This document shows positions 22,001-33,007 of a DNA stretch of 64,000 bases, piece after piece. Positions within the stretch are counted from its first letter, which is position 1. Each line of letters starts with the position of its first letter. This DNA comes from Eledone cirrhosa (Eukaryota), in contig OZ024744.1 of NCBI GenBank assembly GCA_964016885.1, forward strand, positions 125,054,001-125,118,000, read 5' to 3'. The notes under the pieces are model-generated. The model ran no database searches. It saw nothing but the letters and a program-made list of their open reading frames with translations, and was not told where the DNA came from. The translations under genes were made by a program, and so were the position numbers.

Positions 22001-24490
22001 AAAAACCCAGTTTTAAATCTGATTTCGCCAAAGAATTTTGGCTATCAGATCGGGTTGAAAGGTATGGTTTCAGGTCGATCTGAAAGTCTAAAATGGAATT
22101 CACTCGGTTAGCTAACTTTTGATATATCGGAGATATCTTTCTGAAAATCACACCACACACTCCCAATGAGTGTCTGCACATGTACCAGTAATTACAGATG
22201 GATCCCACCACGGGCGGCCGGCCCACGATCGAAAAGGTTACTCCGAAGCACACCATTCGCCGGCGGAATTCATTTACCATGGGCAGTTTTTCTCGAAAAT
22301 CACACCACACACAGCCAATGAGTGTCCGCACATGTACCAGTAATTACAGATGGATCCCACCACGGGCGGCTGGCCCACGATCGAAAAGGTTACTCCGCCT
22401 GCAAACGGTCATTTTCGAATTCGTTTTCTTCGAAGCACACGATTCGCCGGCGGACTTCAGCTGCCTCATTTAGCATGGGCAGTTTTTCTCGAAAATCACA
22501 CCACACACAGCAAATGTGTGTCCGCACATGTACCAGTAATTACAGATCGATTCCGGTGAAAATTCACTGAAAACGGGCCATTCGGCCCTGTGCGTCGATC
22601 GTGGGCCGGCCGGATGTTGACGGATCGATGTGTAATTAGAAGTACATGTGCGGACACTCATTGGCTGTGCGTGGTATGCATTTCAGCAAGATATCTCCGT
22701 AACATCAAGAGTTATGGCTGTGGAGGCACACCTAGTCAAACGTAAACAAGCTCTGGAGCGTATACGCTTCGCGATTTTGTTTACGTTTGACTAGGTGTGC
22801 CTCCACAGCCACAACTCTTGATGTTACGGAGATATCTTGCTGAAATGCATACCACGCACAGCCAATGAGTGTCCGCACATGTACTTCTAATTACACATCG
22901 ATCCGTCAACATCCGGCCGGCCCACGATCGACGCACAGGGCCGGATGGCCCGTTTTCAGTGAATTTTCACCGGAATCGATCTGTAATTACTGGTACATGT
23001 GCGGACACACATTTGCTGTGTGTGGTGTGATTTTCACGAAAAACTGCCCATGCTAAATGAGGAAGCTGAAGTCCGCCGGCGAATGGTGTGCTTCGAAGAA
23101 AACTAATTCGAAAATGACCGTTTGCAGGCGGAGTAACCTTTTCGATCGTGGGCCAGCCGCCCGTGGTGGGATACATCTGTAATTACTGGTACATGTGCGG
23201 ACACACATTTGCTGTGTGTGGTGTGATTTTCGAGAAAGACTGCCCATGCTAAATGAGGAAGCTGAAGTCCGCCGGCGAATGGTGTGCTTCGAAGAAAACT
23301 AATTCGAAAATGACTATTTGCCGGCGGAATCACCTTTTCGGTCCTGGTCCGGCCGGATGTTGCCGGATCGATCGGAAATTTGTGGACCATGTTCGGAAGG
23401 CCATTGTGCATGTGTGGTGAAAAAAATTTGTGTCGAAATCTTCTCGGAAAATAACGGATCGCCGGCGGAGATTGCCATTTCGATCGTGGGCCGGCCGGAT
23501 CTTGTCGGATCGATTCGGACATATGTGCATCGTGTTCGCAAGGCCCTTGTCTATGTGTGGTGTGATTTTCATAAAGAAATTCCGAAAAACCCAGTTTTAA
23601 ATCTGATTTCGCCAAAGAATTTTGGCTATCAGATCGGGTTGAAAGGTATGGTTTCAGGTCGATCTGAAAGTCTAAAATGGAATTCACTCGGTTAGCTAAC
23701 TTTTGATATATCGGAGATATCTTTCTGAAAATCACACCACACACTCCCAATGAGTGTCTGCACATGTACCAGTAATTACAGATGGATCCCACCACGGGCG
23801 GCCGGCCCACGATCGAAAAGGTTACTCCGAAGCACACCATTCGCCGGCGGAATTCATTTAGCATGGGCAGTTTTTCTCGAAAATCACACCACACACAGCC
23901 AATGAGTGTCCGCACATGTACCAGTAATTACAGATGGATCCCACCACGGGCGGCTGGCCCACGATCGAAAAGGTTACTCCGCCTGCAAACGGTCATTTTC
24001 GAATTCGTTTTCTTCGAAGCACACGATTCGCCGGCGGACTTCAGCTGCCTCATTTAGCATGGGCAGTTTTTCTCGAAAATCACACCACACACAGCAAATG
24101 TGTGTCCGCACATGTACCAGTAATTACAGATCGATTCCGGTGAAAATTCACTGAAAACGGGCCATTCGGCCCTGTGCGTCGATCGTGGGCCGGCCGGATG
24201 TTGACGGATCGATGTGTAATTAGAAGTACATGTGCGGACACTCATTGGCTGTGCGTGGTATGCATTTCAGCAAGATATCTCCGTAACATCAAGAGTTATG
24301 GCTGTGGAGGCACACCTAGTCAAACGTAAACAAGGTCTGGAGCGTTTACGCTTCGCGATTTTGTTTACGTTTGACTAGGTGTGCCTCCACAGCGACAACT
24401 CTTGATGTTACGGAGATATCTTGCTGAAATTCATACCACGCACAGCCAATGAGTGTCCGCACATGTACCTGTAATTACACATCGATCCGA
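19079..24490. repeat. Tandem array of long palindromes: 1583-1584 bp higher-order unit built from 196 bp monomers in both orientations
   Basis: Mirror ORF pairs give symmetry axes at 19400, 21179, 22763 and 24347. A 27 nt loop lies between caaacgtaaacaa and ttgtttacgtttg. Confidence 0.95.
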
Positions 24491-24578
24491 CGACGGACAG
24501 AGTATTCGGTTTATTTTCTTGACATATTTCTTTACATATTGTCCAGGCATGCACTTTTTCCATGATTAGTTCTGTTGA

Positions 24579-24631
24579 CGGCCCGCTTTCCAAAATACCT
24601 TATCCTGTGCAACGCCGGGTACCACTGCTAG
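24579..24631 (+). mobile_element. Helitron-like 3' terminus (copy at 56030-56082)
   Basis: GC hairpin cctgtgcaacgccggg, 8 nt spacer, CTAG at 24628-24631, then T/(TA)n. The same end occurs inverted at 59151 and 62824. Confidence 0.75.
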
Positions 24632-24850
24632 TATATATATGTGTATGTATATATATATATATATATTGGTAAACGGAATAGAAAATTGTGACAAATTGTT
24701 CACAGTGAAAAATAGTTTAATTAGGAATAAGTGATAATTAGTAATAGTATTGGTTAGTATTAAGTTTTGGTTTTAAGTTTTACCGGTTGCGCATTTCTAA
24801 TGCTTTTCAAAAATAATTTTGAGATAGAGCGTCCGTGATGTTTGCTCTGA

Positions 24851-24896
<46 letters not shown>

Positions 24897-25046
24897 AACA
24901 GTAGAAAGGAAAAAGATTTTTTCAGTAGAAATTGCTGAAGAGATTCTTTCAGTGTAATTTCAAAACATTAATTTATTTATAAAGTGGATATTTCCACATT
25001 TAATAATGGCACTGGGTTCAGCATTATATACATTGTCAATTGTGGA

Positions 25047-25375
25047 TTCTACTTTTGGCACAAGGGCTGCAATTATCCAGTACATTACTGGTACTTTATT
25101 ATTTATACAAATAATAATTGTTTCTACTTTTGGCACAAGGGCAGCAATTACCCAGTACATTACTGGTACTTTATTATTTATACAAATAATAATTGTTTCT
25201 ACTTTAGGCACAAGGTCAGCAATTACCCAGTACATTACTGGTACTTTATTATTTATACAAATAATAATTGTTTCTACTTTAGGCACAAGGTCAGCAATTA
25301 CCCCAGTACTTTATTTTATCGACCCCGTAAGGATGAAAGAAAAGTTAACCTCAACGGGATTTGAACTCAGTCTGT
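25047..25375 (-). repeat. 75 bp tandem repeat (~3.5 copies) of a SINE 3' end, attached to a minus-strand SINE body (copy at ~56498-56826)
   Basis: Unit tctactttnggcacaagg...cagtacattactggtactttattatttatacaaataataattgtt, followed by tttattttatcgaccccgtaaggatgaaag...tttgaactcag. Confidence 0.85.
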
Positions 25376-25989
25376 AAAGGGAGGTAACTGCTGGATTAAT
25401 TTGGTTAATTAAGTTAACAGAAATTATGAACCGGTTTCTACAGAGCCTTCTGGACATTTAACCCTTTAGCATTTAAACCAGCCATACCTAGCCAGAATAC
25501 TCTCACATCTTTCTGTTCAAACCAGCCATAACTGGCCACTCATACTGACGTTAAGGTATTGTTCTCAATATAAATAATATCAAAATCTCATAGATTCGAT
25601 ATTATATGAGATAATTATGTAAGATAAAGCCTTTACCACAAAAATACAATAGTATATATAGAGTAATAAAAATGCTAAAGGGTAAAAGTAGCTTATTATT
25701 TTGTGAGCTCTTGCTACTTATTGCTCTTGTGCATCAAGAACATACACAGCTTACATTTTGTTGCTAATCTCACTGAGATCCAACTACATCTCTTGTTTAT
25801 CCATAGTTTGGAATTTCTACCTACTCCTTTCCTTTAGAATGATCAAGGCCATTTTCTTGTGGGGATCTAGGCCCTGTTTTCCTTTCTATTTTGCCAAGTT
25901 ATCTTACATCACTTTCATTCTAGACCATGCTTCCAGGTTTGGAATTTCTCCTCTAATTTTACCACAGATTAAGTGACAAGGGTTCAATC

Positions 25990-27660
25990 ATGTGCATACA
26001 GGAGTTCCCATGGACAGCCAGTAATATGTAATAGCCTGCAGGATGATAATAAACAGAAGAGGGTTAATTACAGAGCCCTGATAGAGGGTTAATAACAGAG
26101 CCCTGATAGACTTGTTCACTCAACTCCTCACTATAGCCATCATTACTTTTAACCTTACTGACTGCTCCTCCATACATGGCTTTTACTGCTCTCACAAGCC
26201 ACTCATATACCCCTAGTTTTCTAAGTTATACACCAGATTAGGGAAGGGGGAAGTCTCACAGAAGCTCTCTCTGGGTCAACAAATGCCAAGTAGAGGGGCT
26301 TATTTTAGCTAGGTACTACTCTTGCAGTTGCCACACAAGGAAGAGGACATCAGTGGTACTTTTACCTGGCACAAATCCAAACTTCATCTCATCTAGGTTA
26401 ACTTGGTCCCTAATCAGCTGTGTTATAAATCTAACACCTTCATGAAGTGGTCCATCTAATATCTCTATAGTTTTCTAGCTCTAGTACATCTCCTTTGCCC
26501 TTGTAGCAGTTGATGATGATGATACTACACCATTTATTTGGTATGACACCATTTTGTATTACATGCTGTACGATACCAGTGGTTAAGATGTGACCCACCA
26601 TCCCAGATACTTTCAGTATCTCAGCAACTATCACCAATGGACAAGATACTTTCTCTGTCTTCATATCCTTAATTACCTTACTTCATATCCTTAATTACCT
26701 TACTGCTTACTTGTATGGCTGGACCCTCTGTTGGGCCCACTTTCCGTAGACTATCTTCCTCCCATGCATTCTCCTCATTCAGTAATCTTTCATAAAGGCA
26801 TTTCCATGTTACAAAGGTTGGCTGAAAAGTTCATAGACTATCAATGATAGCATGATGCTAGAGCTGTGAAATCTTGCCTGCATTAATTTCAACTCTTCTT
26901 ATTAATAACTGCATTGTTTCCTTCCAGGGACTATGTTGAAAAATAAACCTCATTTGGTCATTCCATGAGTGTATCTTGGTCTGCCTATGAACTTTTCAGC
27001 TGACCCTATTCAGCATCAGTGAGCCCAAATGCCCCATTATCATCCTGGACACACTTTACCCCAACATCACAATTTGCCCTCACACACTGCCTCACAATCC
27101 TGAACATCTCATGTATTTCATCCTCACATCATAAAACCAACTGAAATTATATATTCTCTGCTTCCCTCCTTGCAAAGAATACTTCTTGCCTAGCTTCCTG
27201 TAGTGTACCCTCCAGCTGCCTCCATTCTGCCATTATTCCATGCCTGTCTCTTGGCCTTAACTGTCTCATCTACCCTAGTGTTTCACCACCAAGATACTCT
27301 CCTCTCTGAAGCCCTGCTCCAGCCACAGATCTAGTTTGACACCTTCAGCAAAGGTTCTTTAAGGAACTCCCACTGTTCCCCTATATTGTATGTTTCTATT
27401 TGTTCTTCCTTACTGTTGTAAAGATCAAACAAAATATCTCTAAATTTGGAACTGGCTGAGGGGTCCTTTAACTTCCATATCCTTCTCCTCCAAGTTGCCC
27501 TCAGTCTTCAAGTTCATCTAAGTCTATGAAATCACTAACTACTGGGTTATGTTGGGAGGTGCATTCTTCCCCAGGGGGTGGGGATTGTGTGTTTACAAAT
27601 GTCAATATCTCATCTTCTGGTGAGGATAAAAATCTGACTGGCATGCTCCTCTGACCAATA
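25990..27660 (-). pseudogene. Decayed RTE-like LINE, endonuclease to RT (copies at ~57441-59090 and ~61092-62763)
   Basis: Minus-strand GCPWELLYA, GIVAEILK-like, IINCYKGKGDVLELENYRDI and PGEECTSQH..VVSDF. Many stops. Confidence 0.85.
26810..27010. mobile_element. ~200 bp Tc1/mariner-like MITE nested in the RTE relic (copies at ~58239-58439 and ~61912-62112)
   Basis: Imperfect TIRs tacaaaggttggctgaaaagttcatag ... ctatgaacttttcagctgaccctat. Starts at TA. Confidence 0.75.
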
Positions 27661-27721
27661 GGTGTTGAAGTGGTTGTCGGGTAAACGTTAAGACCCTCTG
27701 ATATACATATATATATATATA

Positions 27722-27755
27722 CTAGCATGGTACCCATGCTTTCCAGCATAGAGTT
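27722..27755 (-). mobile_element. Helitron-like 3' terminus, second variant
   Basis: Minus strand reads ctatgctggaaagcatgggtaccatgCTAG|T, with an atgct/agcat hairpin. Confidence 0.55.
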
Positions 27756-27768
27756 ACGTCTCTTTATG

Positions 27769-27915
27769 GTCTGAGTTCAAATCACGCCGAGGTTAACTTT
27801 GCCTTTCATCCTTACGGGGTCGATAAAATAAAGCACCAGTAATGTACTGGGGTCGATTTAATCGACTTTCCCCTCCTCTGCCAAATGACACACACATGCA
27901 TGGTTCGGGGGAACC
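27769..27915 (+). mobile_element. tRNA-type SINE, best copy in the window (octopus-like family)
   Basis: tctgagttcaaatcacgccgaggttaactttgcctttcatccttacggggtcgataaaataaagcaccagtaatgtactggggtcgatttaatcgact. B-box-like motif; dispersed copies on both strands. Confidence 0.8.
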
Positions 27916-27918
27916 TAC

Positions 27919-27972
<54 letters not shown>

Positions 27973-28849
27973 GTAGGTCACTGGTTGAGTCGGTATTAAC
28001 CACAGTAACTAAGGTACTCAATACATATTAGATATAGGTGTCTTTCTAATTGCTGGCCTTGTTCATAAGGTATACACAAGTATGATGTGTGTCTGTTTAA
28101 CTGTACGTGTGAAAACATCGCGAAATTGCGCCTTTTAATATTTGAATATAAACAGTTAAAAAATAATTATTTTAGTAATTTTTAAATATCGATAATGTGT
28201 ATATAAATATTAGAAATCAATTTAATTAGTTCAGTAACATTACTCGGAGTTAAGATAAACCTTCATTTGAAGAAATTCGAGATTTGACCAAATAAATAGA
28301 TTATGTGATCAATAAAAAAAATATGTATACGCGCTTGAACGACGGGTTGCAGACAGTCAGGCATACAGACACATATTTTAAAGCGTGCGACTTTAAAAGT
28401 CTTACTCTCTCTCTTTTTAGATAGATAGACTTAATTAAAGCAGTTTCACTCTCTCTATATTTCATCAGCTCTCTCTCTCTTAAATTGAAAGATTCATTAA
28501 GGCTGAAATAATCTAAACAGTAACATCATTTTTCGCCAGCTCTAGCTTGCGTCCAGAGATATACACACACATATATATATATTTTTTTTGTTATCGAGTT
28601 GAGCTTTGCCAAGCATAGAATTCCAAATTTGACCATCTCCACTGAAAATGTTCGTGAAATAGTCTTTAAGAAGCAATTTAATTTTTTCCAACTGAAACTG
28701 TAAGTATTTTAAAATTTATTTCAACATGGTCTTAAAAGATTGTTGGCTTTTTTTAAATTCATAACTATTTACTATGAAATATAAATTATTAAATCCAATT
28801 TATTTGATAACCATGATTTGATTTTATAATTACCTGAATCACGTTAACA

Positions 28850-28851
28850 TG

Positions 28852-28898
<47 letters not shown>

Positions 28899-29158
28899 GT
28901 GTGTGTATATATATATATATATAATAATTGTTTCTACGTTACGCAGTGTATTACTGGTACTGTATTTTACGATATTAAATATTAAATATTAACTATTAGA
29001 TATTAAATATTAAATATTAGATATTAGATATTAAATATTAAATATTAAATATGATATCCCTGAAATATATATAATGAAATAAATATGGTTTTATAAATGT
29101 AATTTCCATTTGTTTAATATCAAATATATATATATATATATATATGTATTTATGTATA

Positions 29159-29249
<91 letters not shown>

Positions 29250-29508
29250 GAGGCAGACACAGACACAGAATATCGTATATATCACACACACACAATTAAG
29301 ACTTGACGTGTTGCAGACAGCCAGACATACAGAGAGATATTTTAAAGCGTGCGACCTTACATGCCTTACTCTTTCTCTTATCAAAAGAGAAAGAGTAATG
29401 CTAACACTTACGTCTACTTCACGCTCTCTTGAACCGTTACAGAAATTGCATCACATCTAATTATAACTTTGTACGTTTGTATATATATATATATATATAC
29501 ACACACAC

Positions 29509-29562
<54 letters not shown>

Positions 29563-29568
29563 GCACAC

Positions 29569-29601
<33 letters not shown>

Positions 29602-29604
29602 CAC

Positions 29605-29648
<44 letters not shown>

Positions 29649-29685
29649 GTGTATATATATATATATATATACACACACACGTGTG

Positions 29686-29718
<33 letters not shown>

Positions 29719-29745
29719 GTGTGTGTATATATATATATATCTGTC
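28850..29745. repeat. Microsatellite cluster: (TA)n, (ATATTAA)n, long (CA)n at 29160-29244, and (TA)n(CA)nCG(TG)n(TA)n palindromic units
   Basis: Read directly. Confidence 0.95.
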
Positions 29746-30083
29746 TCTCTCCCTGTCTCTCACTCTGCCTCTATCCCCCCTCTCTCTCTCTGTCTCTCCC
29801 CCCCCCTCTCTCTCTCTCTAGTAGTAGAGAGAGAGAGAGATATAAACGTATAACCCTAAACCTAACCCATCTCTCTCACTCTCTCTCTCCCCCTCTCTCT
29901 CTCTTCTCTCTCTCACTCTCCCTCTACCCCTCCCTCTCTCTATTTCTCTCTCTCTCTCTCCAGTAGTAGAGAGAGACAAAGAGAGAGAGAGATATAAACG
30001 TATAACCCTAACCAAACCCTAACCCAACTCTAACCCAACCCTAACCCTAACCCCAACCCTAACTCTAACCTAACCCTAACCCA

Positions 30084-30114
<31 letters not shown>

Positions 30115-30445
30115 ACCCCCTCTCTCTCTCTCTAGTAGTAGAGAGAGAGACAAAGAGAGAGAGAGAGATATAAACGTATAACCCTAACCCATCTCTCTCT
30201 CTCTATTTCTCCCCCCCTCTCTCTCTCTCTAGTAGTAGAGAGAGAGAGACAAAGAGAGAGAGAGATATAAACGTATAACCCTAACCCAACCCTAACCTCT
30301 CTCTCTCCCCCCTCTCTCTCTCTATTCCCCCCTCTCTCTCTCTCTCTAGTAGTAGAGAGAGAGACAGAGAGAGAGAGAGAGATAGATATAAACGTATAAC
30401 CCTAACCCAACCCTAACCCATCTCTCTCTCTCTCTCTCTCTCTCT
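29746..30445. repeat. Composite tandem repeat: (CT)n-tagtagta-(GA)n-gatataaacgtata-(CCCTAA-like)n, 5 units
   Basis: gatataaacgtataaccctaa at ~29839, 29991, 30166, 30264 and 30385. Confidence 0.85.
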
Positions 30446-30589
30446 TTGTTTTTAACATTGTTTTGTTTTTCTTTTCTTTTCTTATTCAGATGACAAACGG
30501 CAGAGGATACAACAGAAGAAAAGAACAAAGATAATTATTATTATTATTACTATTATTATTTGTTTTATTATAATCAAAATATGCTGTTA

Positions 30590-31310
30590 GTTAGATCTGC
30601 ATTGCGTACATTTTATATAATTTATGCCAGTTCCTTTTCTGCATATCGAACATGGCCATTTCCCTGACGGAATAGAGTTTTGTCCTCTTTCGTGACACAA
30701 AGTACAGCCAGCGGCATCATTGCGGACAGACTTAATCCCGAATTGCACTGACACACTGCCTCGCAATACGGAACACCGCACGTCTTTGATCTTCTTCCCG
30801 TCGATCAGCCTCCTTGCCATGCTAAGTACACCTGACGTCTAGCTTCTCTCTTAGCGGCGGCTTTATATTCTTCTCTACTCCCACTAATTTTCCAAGCATT
30901 CCATGCTAGCCTTTAGTCTCCAATGGCCCGATCTACCGTGCTGTCCCACCACCATGTCACTCTCTGTCTGGTTGGAACTCTGATCCAGCCACAAGTTTAA
31001 TCAGTAGCCTGCAATAAGTTGTCACATAAGAAAATCGAGTTCTCATGTATGTCATACGACTGTGAATCGTCTTCTTTTTCGTCATACACATATTGAAGGG
31101 CTTTCCTAAATTTCTATTTTAGTGAAATCTCTTTTAGCTTCCAGACCTTTCTTTTTTCCACATCTTCCTGTATGTCTCAATCATACCTGGAGCTGTCCAA
31201 CATGACCATTGAAATCCCCTGCTAGCATAACGATGTCTCCGTCCTGTCATTGTGGCTGTTTGTAAAAATTGCTTGTAAATGAAGTCTTTCTTTTCTTTAC
31301 CTAGCAGAAG
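30590..31310 (-). pseudogene. Decayed RTE-like LINE fragments
   Basis: Minus-strand SGKWPCSICRKGTGINYIKCTQCRS. Local duplicate of 30560-30935 at ~32450-32850. Confidence 0.7.
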
Positions 31311-31364
31311 CAATTAACACTAACCCAACTGTAACACTAACCCTAACACTAACTTATGCAGGCC

Positions 31365-31630
31365 TAGGTAAAGACAAGAAAGATAAAACAAGGAGTGATG
31401 CTTCTTGAATTTTGTGATGCAAGTGTTTTAACCATTTGCAAAACCAACTTCCACAAACCTGCCTCACTGCCGCCTAATAACCTACAAATCAGGCAAGCAC
31501 AGAAGCCGGATTTCTCGGTAGTTAGGCAGCGAGACAGACAGATGGGGTGTGAAGTACCAGGGTGTGCCCCGGGGAGGAATGTTTCCCACAGCGTGGGTTG
31601 GTTGTTGGTGATGTCTCGGTTATCTTGAGA
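31365..31630 (+). pseudogene. Decayed RTE-like APE endonuclease fragment
   Basis: LLEFCDASVLTICKTNFHKPAS..ITYKSG..PGEEC-like motifs across frameshifts. Confidence 0.65.
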
Positions 31631-32019
31631 CGGAGTGAGACGTGCAGGAATACTCTCACGGAATCGCCAAATGAGGTTTATTTTTCAACATAGTCCCTGG
31701 AATGAAACAATGTGGTTATTAAGAAGAATTGAAATTAATGTAAGATTTCACAGATCTATGATCAATCCTTCACAGTCAGCTTACAAAGTTTTCAGCCAAA
31801 CCTTGTGTATTTCCAACATTTCAAACCCTATCTAGGACTACATTATCTAATGTACAGTACAGTAGTTAGTATTAGTGGCTATCAGACATAGTGTATCTAA
31901 ATGCAACATTTTTAACATTGTTTTTTTTTTCTTTTCTTTTCTTTTCTTATTCAGATGACAGACGGCAGAGGATACAATAGAAGAAAAGAACAATGATAAT
32001 TATTATTATTATTATTGTT

Positions 32020-32419
32020 GTTATTCCTTGAATCTCAGTCATTGATGTTGGTTAACTGGAAAGTCCGTTGGAATGAATATCAAGCCACTACCTGCAGCCT
32101 CAGATATTCAGGACGTATCGGAGGGTTCTTGCTGTTCCAAGCAAGCATGCCTTTTGAAGCGTTCCAAAAAGCGTGAAGGGGCCGATTTTCTTTAACCATC
32201 CCTGGAAACTTTTGGAGATGGACAAAAAACTGGAACACAATAGACCTGACCTGGTGGTTGTGGACAAAGAAAAAAGATCGTGTCTGATTGTGGATGTGGC
32301 CTGCCCGTTCAACACGAGAGTGCAAGAGAAGGAGAGGGAGAAAATTAACCGATACCAGGACCTAAAGTGGGAGGTGAAAAGGATTTGGAACTGCCATGAA
32401 GTCAAAGTGATCCCGATTG
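32020..32419 (-). mobile_element. Truncated R4/Dong-like (RLE) non-LTR retrotransposon with an internal inversion, in a (TAA)n tract
   Basis: Minus strand 32100-32222 encodes the C-terminus LQKACLLGTARTLRYVLNI*. Plus strand 32221-32418 encodes HNRPDLVVVDK..IVDVACP..EKINRYQDL..KRIW..KVIPI. Flanked by (ATT)n on both sides. Confidence 0.85.
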
Positions 32420-32469
32420 ATTATTATTATTATTATTATTACTATTATTATTTGTTTTATTATAATCAA

Positions 32470-33002
32470 AATATGCTGTTAGTTAGATCTGCATTGTGTA
32501 CATTTTATATAATTTATGCCAGTTCCTTTTCTACATATCGAACATGGCCATTTCCCTGACGGAATAGAGTTTTGTCCTCTTTTCTACTCATCAACACTCA
32601 TTCGTGACACAAAGTACAGCCAGCGGCATCATTGCGGACAGACTTAATCCTGATTTGCACTGACACACTGCCTCGCAATACGGAACACCGCACGTCTTTG
32701 ATCTTCTTCCCGTCGATCAGCCTCCTTGCCATGCAAAGTACACCTGACGTCTAGCTTCTCTCTTAGCGGCGGCGGCTGTATATTCTTCTCTACTCCCACT
32801 AATTTTCCAAGCATTCCATGCTAGTCTTTAGTCTCCAATGGCCCGATCTACAGTTTCTGTCTCAACTCGTCTATGCTTGGTCGTTCCCGCACATTGACAT
32901 TGCACATCCAACGGAGCATGCTTGCTTCATTTCTCTCCAGCCGTCGCATGTCCTCTGCAGTTGCTGCCCGTGTCTCACTACCATGCAGCATCGCGCATCT
33001 AA
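32470..33002 (-). pseudogene. Decayed RTE-like LINE C-terminal fragments
   Basis: AMLHGSETRAATAEDMRRLERNEASMLRWMCNV. Confidence 0.8.
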
Positions 33003-33007
33003 ACCTG

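Larger units (their letters stand above)
1..27727 (+). repeat. Segmental duplication, copy 1 (may extend left of the window)
   Basis: Position 1 (ctggtctggggttcaatcc) recurs at 35604. Identical ORF sets recur at offsets 35603, 34238, 34101 and 31451. Similarity ends after ...gatatacatatatatatatatactagca at ~27727. Confidence 0.97.

Noticed and set aside
19079-24490. Parvovirus-like rolling-hairpin concatemer
   Set aside because: The loop is in the same orientation at all four axes (no flip/flop) and no viral ORF is present.
19107-24593. 60-270 aa ORFs in the palindrome array
   Set aside because: They are mirror-image repeats with no recognisable transposase, Rep or helicase motifs.
24960-25377. 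25-aa repeat proteins on both strands
   Set aside because: Explained by a 75 bp SINE-derived tandem repeat.
27769-27800. tRNA gene from the GAGTTCAAAT motif
   Set aside because: No cloverleaf; it is a SINE B-box-like motif.
27793-30528. YIYIY, CVCVC, HTHTH and ERERE ORFs
   Set aside because: Microsatellite translations.
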